A stretch of DNA of 64,000 bases, taken from assembly GCF_006345805.1 (NCBI RefSeq), contig NC_043010.1:21700001-21764000 (forward strand). The letters run 5' to 3'. The stretch is from Octopus sinensis. Taxonomy: Eukaryota. Position 1 is the stretch's first letter; every line of letters starts with the position of its first letter. The translations under genes and the position numbers were made by a program. Below the pieces are notes generated by a model. The model ran no database searches, was not told the origin of the DNA, and saw only the letters and a list, made by a program, of their open reading frames with translations. Positions 1 to 13,489 of this stretch are shown piece by piece.

Positions 1-387
1 GAGTTAATCTTAAAACGAGATCTGAATGTTTATCCACTTAGATTTTGATGAAATCTTCTCTCTTAATACCTGTATAGGTTTGTGTGCGTATGTGTATGTA
101 ATGGACGTCGGAACATACAAAGAGGTAAAGGATATGTTTTATGAGGTGATCCGAGGAATAAAATGTACACCGGAAACTTGACTGAGGAATATTACCCACT
201 GTCTTGCCTCTAGGTTTATCGGGCACAGTTCCTGACGAATAAAAACGTGAAACTCGGAGTGCTATAAGGTAAGTATACACACACACGCGCGCGCGCACGC
301 ACACACACACACACACACACACGCACACACACATACACACACACTCACACACTGTGCTGAAATATATATATATATTCACACATATTA

Positions 388-419
<32 letters not shown>

Positions 420-435
420 CGTATATATATATATA

Positions 436-1018
436 CGTATTTCAAAATAGAAAATTACCCTTTAACAGGCAATTTTAAATGCTAGAAATAGCAGCCAGCA
501 CGGCCAAAAAACAATTTTTTATACCAAATTTCGAACCAAATGAAAAATAAAAACCTCTACCTTGTTGGTCTTTCTCGCTTCTACATCTGAAGGTGGTCTT
601 TCTCGCTTCTACATCTGATGGTGGTCTTTTTCGCTTCTACATCTAAAGGTGGTCTTTCTCCCTTCTGCTCCTAAAGGTGGTCTTTCTTGCTTCTACATCT
701 AAAAGTTGTCTTTTTCCCGCTTCTACATCTAAAGGTTATCTTGTCTCTGAGTTATAAGCTAGTTGTTTAGGCTGGTTACTGACGAGGATTCGCCTGGGAG
801 ATAATATGGTCTTGCTAAATTATCTTTTAAAAGATAGCAAACGACATTATTCTGCTTAAGTAATCCGAAACCATGGTATAACCGTTATGTAACAAGGTAA
901 ATGATTTTCATTTGCTTCGAAATTTGGTATAAAAAATTGTGGTTTTTTGGCCGTGTTGGCTGCTATTTCTAGCATGTAAAATTGGCTGTTAAAGGGTAAT
1001 TTCCTATTTTGAAATACG
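436..1018. mobile_element. Non-autonomous element with ~115-bp imperfect terminal inverted repeats and an internal 28-bp minisatellite (MITE-like), copy 1
   Basis: 436-546 (cgtatttcaaaatagaaaattaccc...) is the reverse complement of 904-1018 (...gggtaatttcctattttgaaatacg). No coding capacity. Confidence 0.7.
566..735 (+). repeat. 28-bp minisatellite, ~6 copies (ggtggtctttctcgcttctacatctgaa); repeated at 1563-1732
   Basis: Head-to-tail degenerate copies with no spacers. Confidence 0.9.
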
Positions 1019-1087
1019 AATATGTTGTCTATTGACTTTTTATACATGTTAGGCCACTGGTGGTGATATTTATAACGAGTATTCGCC

Positions 1088-1149
<62 letters not shown>

Positions 1150-1201
1150 TATATATATACATACATATATACTCGCGTACACTCGCTCAGACACACATAT
1201 G

Positions 1202-1254
<53 letters not shown>

Positions 1255-1283
1255 GTATGCATACATATCCATTACATACACGT

Positions 1284-1322
<39 letters not shown>

Positions 1323-1380
1323 CACATACACACACACTCACACACTGTGCTGAAATATATATATATATTCACACATATTA

Positions 1381-1417
<37 letters not shown>

Positions 1418-1432
1418 GTATATATATATATA

Positions 1433-2015
1433 CGTATTTCAAAATAGAAAATTACCCTTTAACAGGCAATTTTAAATGCTAGAAATAGCAGCCAGCACGG
1501 CCAAAAAACAATTTTTTATACCAAATTTCGAACCAAATGAAAAATAAAAACCTCTACCTTGTTGGTCTTTCTCGCTTCTACATCTGAAGGTGGTCTTTCT
1601 CGCTTCTACATCTGATGGTGGTCTTTTTCGCTTCTACATCTAAAGGTGGTCTTTCTCCCTTCTGCTCCTAAAGGTGGTCTTTCTTGCTTCTACATCTAAA
1701 AGTTGTCTTTTTCCCGCTTCTACATCTAAAGGTTATCTTGTCTCTGAGTTATAAGCTAGTTGTTTAGGCTGGTTACTGACGAGGATTCGCCTGGGAGATA
1801 ATATGGTCTTGCTAAATTATCTTTTAAAAGATAGCAAACGACATTATTCTGCTTAAGTAATCCGAAACCATGGTATAACCGTTATGTAACAAGGTAAATG
1901 ATTTTCATTTGCTTCGAAATTTGGTATAAAAAATTGTGGTTTTTTGGCCGTGTTGGCTGCTATTTCTAGCATGTAAAATTGGCTGTTAAAGGGTAATTTC
2001 CTATTTTGAAATACG
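1433..2015. mobile_element. Second copy of the TIR element, inside the tandem duplication
   Basis: Matches 436-1018 at offset 997. Confidence 0.7.
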
Positions 2016-2084
2016 AATATGTTGTCTATTGACTTTTTATACATGTTAGGCCACTGGTGGTGATATTTATAACGAGTATTCGCC

Positions 2085-2190
<106 letters not shown>

Positions 2191-2240
2191 CATATATACT
2201 CGCGTACACTCGCTCAGACACACATATGCTGATATATATA

Positions 2241-2278
<38 letters not shown>

Positions 2279-2847
2279 GTATGCATACATATCCATTACA
2301 TACACGTACACGCACACACACACACACACACACACATCAGAGTCCCTTGTGTCGAGCTCAATACATATCTACTAATAGCTAATAGTTTTTTTCTTCTTAA
2401 ACATTTGCCACCACCAAATCAATTTAGTTTGAGAAGTTCCCATTCGTAAAATATTGCTCGCGTACTTACTACCATATTATATATAAATATACTTAATAAC
2501 TATTTTCTTTATTGTGCTCTACTGTGTTCCTGTCTACGCAAAAATCTATCATTCAACTGAAGTCAGAATCAATTTCCTTCTCCCAATATTTGCTGCTTTT
2601 TTGGTATTTTTTTTGTAGTTTTATTTTTGTTTTCTCTTTCTCATATTCGTTAATAACAATAATAACATTGCTTTGGAATTGAGGACTGAAGATAGGAGTA
2701 GAGATTTAGACAAACTGATTGCTTGATGCAAGATTTCTTTTTATTTTCTCTGCGTCGTCTCGTAAGAGAGCTGAGAGGCAAAAAAGGCAAAGGTGGATGG
2801 GAGGTAAGGCGAATGTCAATTTCTATCAAAAAACCTATAATAATTCA

Positions 2848-2901
2848 GTCGTCGTCATCGTTATCGGCGTTGTAGTCATCATCACCACCACAACCATCAC
2901 C

Positions 2902-2935
<34 letters not shown>

Positions 2936-3105
2936 TCACCATCATCGTCATCATCATCACCATCATCACCACCATCACCACCATCACCATCATCATCATC
3001 ATCATCATCACCATCACCATCATCACCACCATCACCATTACCACCACCACCTCCACTACCACCACCACCACTGTCATCATCATCATCATCATCATCATCA
3101 TTGCC
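2848..3105. repeat. (ATC/ACC)n trinucleotide microsatellite
   Basis: Direct reading; source of the poly-I/T and poly-M/V pseudo-ORFs. Confidence 0.95.
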
Positions 3106-4282
3106 CTCATTATGCTACAACTGGTAGAATTTTTCTTTTACTTTTCATTTCACACATCCTTACTTAACTTACCCCCTTTATTTAATGTGTTTTAATCTTT
3201 AAAAAAAAAATCGGAATTAATTAGCTAGCTGCAACAACAACAACAACAATAACGTAAGCTAAACAAAATCAGCGACGCCAGAATCAATAATGAATATTTT
3301 CTATAAATTCTTCCATCGATATATGCTTTTGTTGAACATCATCTTTAACCCCTGCTGGGGTTGATTTGCGCTCTAAAGGGTGTCACAGATGAATAATCGG
3401 GTAAGCGATTTCTGTATTAGCATTGTAGCAGAAGCTTGTTCTCTCTTTACCTTTAGCTATCCACATTCTTATTCTTTACTTTTAGATACCCATTTTGACT
3501 CACTACGTGGTAGTCAGGTCCATTTAGCATTACGCGGACTGTTCACCCCTTAACGCGATAGAATGGCCACGCGTCCCTACATCAGCTTTTTAAGGAACGA
3601 TTTTCTCCCTAATTCCTAAGGGAGGTGAATTTGCTACCAGTGAGATGGATCGTCGACAATGAGAACCGTGTATTCCACTGTGCAGCTCAGCAAGAAGAGG
3701 ATTGTAACCATAATCTTTGATTCTATGCTCTGCGTTTTTCCAACATTTCATCTTCAAATTGTGGAAGCCTTTTTGTATCTATGTAACATATCTGACAATT
3801 ATTCATATTCTACCGGTTTATTGTATTTCCCTTTGGCGTCGAAATAAATGTTGCATTGCACTCAACTTTTAACTGGTCTATGTATTTTCTAAATGTTATT
3901 CACACTGACTCATATTAACCAGAAGACATAATTTACCACGGCTTAAGCCACATTGCAAACATCTAACCACTCTTGTTAAAGAATAAACTAATGGCACTGA
4001 AATCCTTTGCAGGTTATGATTATTCTTAATGGGTCCCACGGAAAGGTAACTTTCTATTCATCATGTCTATACTGTTCTATGTCAGGTGCAAGGTCACTGA
4101 TATCGACGGGTAACATGCGGATTGCGTACAGTGTTGTAAGAATTTCAATCAGCCAATAATTAGTAACTTTCTAGCAGGGATTAGCAAAAGATCTTCCAAC
4201 AGGTCTTCATATAAATATATCTTTGACAGATTCACATTCCATTACAATAAAGCGTTCGCCTAGTGTGGATTTGTGTGTGTAT

Positions 4283-4323
<41 letters not shown>

Positions 4324-5279
4324 AAACGCTCTTTTAATGCGTCTTATGTTGCAGTTAGTTGTTTTTGGCAATCAGCATCGCTTCCAACACAGCATGCTCC
4401 AAAATAAGAAAAAAAAACCCAACACATGCAAACGTCTTCGAAGTTGCCCGTCAAGAACCAGCAAAATTAATCTAATTAGTCATTGAACACCTTTAGAATA
4501 ATTTCAGTGAAGTGACTCTCACATTTAGGAACGGATTCCGAGTATGTACGTGACATTCATAGCCAATGTTGTCAAGTGTCACTCGCCACATCATGCAGCA
4601 GTCGAATACGTTCGTGTTCAGAGACAGAGAAACATCTCTGCTGTATCCCTCGGTTCTCAGGGAATACAAGAAAGAGTAGCCTGATATTTTTAATCAACTA
4701 TCCCTCTTAAATTACACATTCTATAAAATCACTGTATCCATTCTCTGAAGGACGCTACATATAGCAATAATTATCTGTGTCGCTCAATATATGCAAACTG
4801 AGCGATCATATGGCTTCTGGTAATCCTTGAGTTGTTTGTAGGGTTCTGTAAATTTTAATCCATCAAAACGTCTACAATTCAAAATATAGTACCCCTTTTT
4901 TAACATGACAGAGTTGTCTCCCCCTTACCAGCACTCACCAAGTAACCGACACTACCACGTGATCCGAACTGGCCAATGGTGGTTCATTTGACATGCAATA
5001 TGAAGCATCCACCACAACATCCGAATGAAAATGTTCAAAAGATCAAACATCATTTGTAGGGTGTGAAGCTTCAATAATGCTATTCTGAGAGATGCTGTCA
5101 ATAAAAATGATTACACAAACACACACACACACACGCACGCACACACACACACACACACATACACGCACGCACACACATACACATACACGCACGCACATAT
5201 ATATGCACGCATGACTATATGAATATATGTATTTACATTATATAATATATGCATTATATACAATCATATGTATGTGTGA

Positions 5280-5316
<37 letters not shown>

Positions 5317-6269
5317 TGCCATTTTAGGAGAATATGAACAATGCATATGCGCATAATTTATTTCAGCAAACGGAAATGAAAGAGCATATTCGATAAACAT
5401 AAGGAAATTTACATTTCTACAACTTAAAGAGAATTGTTATTGCATTAAAAGCATATGTCTAATTTGAAAACATAGCAAAGTACATCGCTTGAAATAATAC
5501 GAAACTTTCTCTACAACATTCTGATTATGCAGAGAATTTCTATTGATTTTGCTTCTGTATATTTCTCTGGACAATTGCGTGTTGTGCCTTCAGGATACGT
5601 CTGTGAATACCAGATTAATTTACCGTTGCTAATCAACTCAGATTACTATTTTTCAAATTTAGAGACAAAAATTCATTGTTCGAAATAGTCATTAAATATA
5701 ATTGTTTTTCGATAAATTCGCCCCAGAACACAAATTTATCGAATATGAATTATGAAGTCGGTGGTTTAATTAAAACAGACAAGATACTACTTTCTGAGTA
5801 TTAATTTTCCTACTGATGTTTTAAGTCAACCAAACATTGTTAGATCAGTTGATTGTAATTTTGAACAGAGAGAAAAAAAAAATAAGAAAGACAGTGTGAG
5901 AGACAGAGAAAAAATTGTTTTGAACTGTGAAGTTCTTTTATGAATAATTTAAAATTTTATGTCGAAAGACAGAATTTTCTTAAATTGGATGCACGTATAC
6001 TGGTTAATCAGCATTAATAATACATCAACTTCATTTTTTTTTGTAGGACAGACATATTTCTTTTGATTAATGCATTATTATGATGATGGGGAGAAGACAC
6101 GGGTGGATGGTAGAATCGGTAGTCAGTTGGTCTATATGATTTATTGCATTCAGTTAGACTATGATCACGTCTGCTATTAAAATCCGTTGAGGTCAACTCT
6201 GCATTTCACCTTTAGGTTGGCCATCCAATAGCTAGGTTCGATAGCTTTAATGGACCAGATTAGCTTCAA

Positions 6270-6470
6270 ATTTTCGCACAGGGCCAGCACGTTTTAGGTG
6301 CGGAGTAAGTCAAACTACACCGAATAACCAGTGTTCAGATGGTACTTATTTTTCCGGCTCCTATAAGATGATAGGCCATAGTCGACCTCGGCAGAATTTG
6401 AACTCAGAGGGTAAAGGCGGACGAAATACTGCTAAGCCTTTTTCTCGGCGTGCTAACAATTCTGCCAGCT
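6270..6470 (-). mobile_element. tRNA-type SINE, family A (head gctggcagaa...gagttcaaatt)
   Basis: Reverse complement matches the + strand copies at 45413-46041; B-box-like GAGTTCAAAT. Confidence 0.8.
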
Positions 6471-6595
6471 ATAAGTGTTAGCAGTAGTAAATCAGATTAC
6501 TTTCCAAATATTGTCTTTGCGAAATTACAACTTATAATTATATTTGAAAGGATGCATTCCTGAACAACAGAATATGTGCTGTAGCGTACCAGATG

Positions 6596-7105
6596 TACTT
6601 ACTTGCATTTGTGACGGCGTTCACCCAGGGTGGGTTGAGCCGGCTTCTTCTCTGGTCCAAACGGCATCACGAACCATGGCGGCCTACGCTTGACGGTCCT
6701 CTGTGAGGTCACTGGAAATAGCGAGTCATTCGCGGTTCCATCTACGCAGATCGACCACCTGCGGACCTGAGAGTTCGGAGAGGACCTCCTTTATCGTCGT
6801 TGCCCAGGTCTTCAGCTGCTCACCCGTGCGTTTGCGCCAGCTGGGAAGTGGAGATGGGAGGCGGAAATCGCGAATCAGCTCACCCTCTGGACGCCGGGCC
6901 GCATGACTGAACCAACTTAAGCACCGTTGTAGAAGCACCGAAAAGGAGAGCCGGAGATTTAGGCGATGATGAAGACCGGCTGTAGGAACCCGCTCAATGC
7001 GTCGGCAGCGAAGAATGAGGCGGTGACAATCATTGTCGAACACCTCCAGCCTTCGCTGATCAACTACCCTCCTAGGCCATGTTTCACAACCTATCGTACC
7101 AGATG
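6596..7105 (-). mobile_element. 5'-truncated RTE-clade LINE, 3' end
   Basis: Minus-strand translation GCETW...RRLEVFDNDC...LLQRCLSWFSHAARRPEGELIRD...WRKRTGEQLKTWATTIKE is a typical post-RT C-terminus of RTE elements. It ends in a caagtaagta tail at ~6596-6606. Confidence 0.85.
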
Positions 7106-9474
7106 CTTCTTCCTCTATTATCGAACACCTTATTTTATTGTCATCTCTCTCTGGCGTAGTTAAAATAGATACCATTAATACGCTCTTTAGTCGACTGAAT
7201 TGCCATTCCTCGTTTCCATTCCTCGTCTGTGGAACTCAGAGCTCATGTATAAATTCGTTACAATGTCTGCGATTGGTTGAAACGATAAAAAAATGTCTCT
7301 TTCCAAATTAAATCTTCTATCTCATTGACATTGAATTTATATCTAAGATCGATTTCTAGCATTACGCTACAATCCATAAAAAGTGTGACAGAAGTACACG
7401 AGACCCCCCCCCTACCTATAGTGTGTCTCGGAGATTTGAGCTTGTGAAAAGTCCAAACCAATAATTATCAGAAGCAGTAAAGGAAAGAAATATTTAACAA
7501 TCCTTGATGTTATATCTATTTTCTAAAATCGACTGTTTTTCTTTTTTTCACTCGATTAAATAAGTACTAAATTAACTCTGATTTCTTTTCCTCTAAGAAT
7601 TGGTTGAATGCCAGCAAAATAAATCCGTATTTTTTATGTGTTAACCTCATGACATATCGAAGCAAAGTTTTTAAGTAATGTTTATGCGTTTATGGAAGTG
7701 AAAACAACGTTACACAAGCAGAATTTCTCTTTAAACAAAGAGTATTTGACTCGTACAGAAACACGCTAACCACAAATATGTCGCTATTAAGCATGGCAGA
7801 CATGACAAATAACTCTATTTCACTCAACACAGACTTACTAATGCCTTGAAAGAATGCCAGCGACTATGCAGAAGATTATTACATGAGAAATACTTGACAA
7901 AAGTACTTAAAGCAAAATAATGTCGTGCATTACGGTATGTGTTCACCGGAAATTTAAATATAAAACTAAACAAACGATAGGAACGAAATTTCTTCGCAGG
8001 CACTCGATCTTGTTATTGCAATGAAACTTAACTCAAGTCACTTTCTCCACAAACGGACATATTGTATTTTTAATCGAAATTACATATTGTTTTTTTAAAA
8101 AATAGAATGGTTTCATTGAACATAAACAGAATGGTCACATCTGACACAGCTTTGATCATAGTTTTAGCTTAACCTTTCATGACTTTGGAGAAAACTGGTT
8201 GATGTCAGTTACTAGTGTACAATGTGACATGGTAAACATAAGCAAGCTAGAAATTGAAATAGTGTTGAGTTTCGGCCTGAAATTCACATGTTAATTCTAT
8301 TATTATGATTACTTCATTCATATCTTGATTTTTCTAAAACAAGAGCCAATCAAAAGTCATGCTTTACCTACAAGGCATTCTCGAATTATGACACGATTAG
8401 ACATTATAGGCTAAATTTTTCCCTGATGTTGGCTAGTGAACTAAATCATAAGTTCAGCTTGCAGCCACAGATCCTAGTCATCACTAAACAGGTTTTAGCA
8501 AATATTTATTAGGTGCAGCTTCACAATATTCCATAATTATTATGTAAATGAATGCTGTAACTTTAAATTTGAAACTTATAGCTGACTAAGTATTTGGGTC
8601 CTTTATGGAAAGCTGTTAAATATTAAATCAGTTTCAATTGCTGTCTTCAGCACGCGTAAGTCTAAATCCTATGGTATACGATTTGGATTGCGCATAAGTT
8701 ATTATGTTATACATTGTTTAGGAGTTAAGAAAAAGAAGAGACTATTATCATTATAGACTTTCCTAGAATGGTGTTATTAATGTAACCCATACCCAGCGTA
8801 GATATCTACAATTACAGTCATGTAAGTGGATAAGAAACAAGCAATCAGGTCTGAATCAATTCTCCGGAGTGAGGTCTTATAAATTTATCCAAAGACATAA
8901 ATGAAATTGCCGCTGATTAGATTTAGATCAGCGTTTATCTGAAAGAAGTTATCATCAAAAGCGTTTCAGACATGACCACTTCGTCTATTCGCCTGTCAAT
9001 GAATAAATTATACAATGCGTCTTGTTGTTTATGAATGTGATGTTTGAAATGAAGATTTAATAGGCATTTCTCGCAGGTTAAATGATCGAACGTTCTCTCA
9101 ATGTGGTAATCTCGGAATGAGCAACGACTTAAATTTTCACCATTAGAAAAATTAGGAATAGTTTTATAAAGCTGATCATTGCGAGACAGTTACTAAATTT
9201 CAAGCAAATCGCTCTTGTAAAATATAACATTTCCAATACGAGACATCATAACTGGACAGCTAGGAAAGTCTCAATTATTTATTAATTTAAACACAAAGTA
9301 AATAACAGATTCATCTGAAAGATAAGGGAACTTAATGAGACATGTATAATTTATTATAAAATTGAAATGAATTAATTATCAAAGTGCTGACGCAGGCCGT
9401 TAATTAGCAAAACATATATGGTGCTGATTTGAATGAACGGAAATTAGTTATATATCTTAAAAGTAGATACAAAA

Positions 9475-9609
9475 GGCGCGAGCGTTGTTGTAGGGTAAGA
9501 TGTTTGCTTCCTAAGCGCATGATTCCGTGTTCAGTCCCACTGCGTAACACCTTCTGCCGTTTGAGCGGATGTGGTAGATGCAAATTTAAAGGAGCCGGTC
9601 GTTTATGTG

Positions 9610-9640
<31 letters not shown>
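9475..9640 (+). mobile_element. SINE family B, 5' half, ending in its internal (TA)n
   Basis: Degenerate match to the head of the complete copy at 62150-62563 (gttcagtcccactgcg...). Confidence 0.7.
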
Positions 9641-11940
9641 TAGGGTTATAACTATACTATATTTCGATGAATAATTTCATAAAAGTCAGGAAACTAAAAT
9701 CTATTTTGCTTTATTTAAAAAAAAAAAAAACGTCACTCCAGCTTGAGAAATCGAACACCACTTTTGACCCAAATCATGCAAAATTCTAGGGGGTGGTTCA
9801 TAACATCAGCTCAAGCTTTTACCAAACTTGGTTTGTTGACTCAATGCAATGTAGAAATAGTATATCTGAAATTTCAGCTTTCTAGTTGAAATATTTCCTG
9901 AGTTATGGACTTTTAAAACTATAAACACTAGGTAGCATTAGATTCACACTTCAGTATTTCCGCTGCCTAAATCCTTGTAAACGCGAAAGAGATGTGGAAT
10001 AAATGTGTATTTATCCTTTTTTAAGATTACTGAATTGAAATTGCTCCATGCAAAGGTTCAAAACTAGGATATTTTAAGACAAAGGCCACTACAAGCATTC
10101 GATAACATACAAAATTAAAAACAATGCATATTTTTAACTTTATAGGTTTAATTCCAATTCTAAATAACTGTATATAAAAAAGAATGATGAATGTTAGCAA
10201 ATTTTTAAACAACAAAGAATTAATGTTTTATTAGATAAAATAAATCGAAGCTGAAGTTTCTCCTTTTTACAAATATCATAAAGATTTTGAAGGCAGTTGA
10301 TTGCCTGTTCTGCACTCTGATTTGTTCTAGGTATTTCCAGTTTTGATGGCACCAGACTCCAAACGTTTTTATAGAGTTCAATGCTTTTTTTATGAACTTG
10401 AAGGCTACCACATAACTTCTGATAATCATGTACATTGAACATTTGGATAGTGAACCAAAAATCTGCCCAACTGTAAGAGATGAATCGATAAACATTGAGA
10501 AGCAAAACTCTTTTCTCTTGTAGAAGAATATATGCTAAAAGAGCTAGTATTGCTCGAAAATTCCATCTTGCATTAGATAAGTTGGGTATTTTCGAAATTT
10601 ACAGTAGTAAAGTTGCCGGTTTATTCAAAGAAACGAAAATCTCTGATCAAAGGAAACAGAAATTTCATGTCATCTCGCCATTCTGCTGATTCAGTAATCT
10701 TTTCTTCACCATTGTTGAAATTAACCTGGAGTTTCTCGTAATTACTTAGACGTTCTGGGATGAATGTATATTCAATATTGGGAGATGACTTTTTCTCCAT
10801 GTTCGTTATCCATTACAAAACGAAGAACTCTGTCTAACAAGCAATAAATTGCGGTTCTTTGAAAGCCTTTTGATCAAGGTCTTTGCAACTGAATGACAAT
10901 GCCATTTCTTTTCCCAGTGTTCACACTCGCTCCATCAGCGACAATCATCTTTACACAGTTCCATAAATTGTATTCATCTAAAACAGCTGTTATTCCTTTC
11001 ACAATTGTATCGGCATTTCTGATTAGTAATTGGAGTGTTTCTAACTTAACTTCTCATTGTTCATTCTTTAAAACTAGCACTTGGTATTCTTGGTCACCAA
11101 TACGTTTACCATAAAAATGCAATGATCGGTTTTCTAAATTAAGTGTTTTATTCATATTCTTTTTTAGTTTAAAATCTTTTTTGATAGTTGACCTGTAAAT
11201 ACCAGATTGGGAAGGAGTCTCGACGTAGATTTCAACTTGAGATAATTATCAACAAACCGTTACAGCTTTTAGGGTTGATAGCTTGGAAAATATTACTAAC
11301 TTGGCTGCAGTTCCAGCGTTGCTATACTTCCTCCTTGCTTGTGTGGATTCTTCATCTGATTTTTCGGACTCTTGATATTCACTTTCGGTCTCTGCTTCAG
11401 ACGTGGACGATGACACTGGAATTGCTCTGGTTGAAGTTGGCACTAAGGATATTTTTCTTCTTTTAGATGGATTGATAGTTTTGGAAGTGGCTGCCTTTCC
11501 ACTTCCATACCAAACCTGTACCTTGCTTTCAATTTGAAGATAATATAACCTTCTATCCTCACTGCACAGCCATTCACCATTTTCCTTTGTGATATCAAAA
11601 ATTCCTTTCAATGAATCGTATTTTCTTCGTTTTACACATTTATCGTTGCTTGTACATTTTGAATTGATGAATATAGAAAATATAATTTCTTTTCCCATAA
11701 AAAAAATTACTTCTTTCGAAATTCCTTTTGTTTTTTCTTTCCCTTCTTTGATGGTAACTCCAAGGAACAAGTAGCGACCGACAATTTCAAGTTTCATTGC
11801 TATACTGCAGTTGTTTTCCAAAGAATGCTCTTCTAGAGGAACAGGTCTTCTTTTCCTGTGTGAATCTTGAAATTGCATGAGATTCTTTTCCAAGATGTTT
11901 TTGTTACTTTGAGTGACACAAGAACGGAGACGGAAAAAAG
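9640..11940 (-). mobile_element. Decayed hAT-superfamily DNA transposon (hATm-like); one terminus TTAGGGTTATAAC at 9640
   Basis: Transposase remnant inside. The terminus abuts (TA)n and the other end is lost in (CT)n(TA)n. The hATm subgroup call is from memory of motifs and termini. Confidence 0.7.
10194..11878 (-). pseudogene. hAT-type DDE transposase pseudogene with stops and frameshifts
   Basis: Collinear motifs: SLHF[Y]GKRIG (catalytic D replaced by Y, 11111-11113), IVADGASVNTGKRNG (D at 10934-10936), truncated C(xxH)LDRVLR, SNARWN (RW 10563-10568), PRTNQSAEQAI (E 10308-10310), KLQLRFILSN. Confidence 0.8.
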
Positions 11941-11949
11941 CTCGCTGTG

Positions 11950-11974
<25 letters not shown>

Positions 11975-12037
<63 letters not shown>

Positions 12038-12283
12038 TATTTGTGTGTGTGCGTGTATGTGTGTGTGTGTGCATATGTTTGTGTGCCTGTATTTGTCCGC
12101 CCCAACATCGCTTGACAACCGATGCTGGTGTGTTTACGTCCCCTTCACCTAGCATTTCGGCAAAAGGACCGATAGAATAAGTACTAGGCTCACAAAGACT
12201 AAGTCCTGGGATCCATTTGCTCGAATAATGGCGGTGCTCCAGCATGGCCGCATTCAAATGACTGAAGCAAATAAAAGAATAAA
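11975..12283 (+). mobile_element. SINE family B, 3' half, continuing 9475-9640
   Basis: gcttgacaaccgatgctggtgtgtttacgtcccc...ggcggtgctccagcatggccgca...aaatgactgaa matches the 3' half of 62150-62563. Confidence 0.85.
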
Positions 12284-12644
12284 CTACTATTTTCTATTTT
12301 TCTTCCTGTTTATTTTGGACGACGTCTCGTTTCACCTACAACACTAAGATATGAATTCCTAGGTGAAGAATCCCACAACTATTAATACTAGCACGCATAA
12401 CTCCAAAAAAATAAAAATGACGAAAACACTATCCATTCAGTTTGGTTAATCCCTCAGCTACACTTCGAAACAGCTGCGAATAAGGAGACTGATGAAACTG
12501 CACCGACAAGATACCAGGTTGCATATGCAACAGTGTGCAGTCGATGCAGCTGAAATGCGAGTAGGTTCGGTAAAGGATGATGCAATTAACTGTTATATAA
12601 AATTATGGATGTGAAAAATCTCCGTTCTCCTTATCCTTATTATC

Positions 12645-13007
12645 TGGTTTTGTGGTAAGACGCTTGCTTCCCAAACACATGGTTCCAGGTTCAGTACCAC
12701 TGCGTGACACTTTCATTGAATTCGGTACACGGAAACTGGAGGAAACCCGTCATGTATATATACATATATACATATTCATCTATGTGTTTGTGTCTGTGTT
12801 TATTCCCCCTCCACGCCTTCGCTTTACAAACGATGCACGTGTGTTTACGTCCTCGTAAAGGAGCGCTTCGGGAAAGGAGGACGATAGAATAAATACTATA
12901 AATACTAGGCTTGCAAAGGACAAGTCCTGGAGTCGATTTCTTCGACTAAAACTCTTTGAGGCCATGTTCTAGCATAGCGGCAGTCAAATGATTGAAACAT
13001 ATAAAAT
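12645..13007 (+). mobile_element. SINE family B, diverged and internally deleted
   Basis: Head gtggtaagacgcttgcttcccaaacacatggttccaggttcagt and tail cagtcaaatgattgaaac. Confidence 0.75.
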
Positions 13008-13366
13008 CACATGTTTTTAAGTTCAGTCCCGCTGCGTGTCAACTTGGGCAAGTCTCTTCTACTATACCCTCGGGCCGACCAAAGCGTTGTGAGTGGAGTT
13101 GGTAGACGGAAACTGAAAGGAGCCTGTCATATAAATATTTATATCTGTGTGTGTGTGTATACGTTTGTGTGTGTGATTTTGTCCACCCACCATCGCTTGG
13201 TAACTGATGCTGGTTTGTTCACGTCCCCGTAACTTAGCGGTTCAACAAAAGACACTGATGGAATCTGTACTAGGCTTACAAAGAATAAGTCCTACGCTCG
13301 ATTTCTTCGACTAAAGGTGGTGCTCCAGCATGGCCACAGTCAAATGACTGAAACAAATAAAAGAAT
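13008..13366 (+). mobile_element. SINE family B, directly tandem to the previous copy
   Basis: gttcagtcccgctgcgtg...cgggccgaccaaagc...ggtgctccagcatggccacagtcaaatgactgaaac. Confidence 0.85.
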
Positions 13367-13369
13367 ATG

Positions 13370-13463
<94 letters not shown>

Positions 13464-13489
13464 ATGTGTGTGTATATATATATATTTGT

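Noticed and set aside
566-735. Regular 28-bp repeats resembling a CRISPR array
   Set aside because: Units are contiguous with no unique spacers, there are no cas genes and the context is eukaryotic.
779-800. CTGACGA followed by a GG/CC mini-stem (also at ~1776)
   Set aside because: No GAAA, stem III or stem I follows, so it is not a supportable hammerhead.
9640-9646. TTAGGG telomere-like hexamer
   Set aside because: Single copy, better explained as the transposon terminus.
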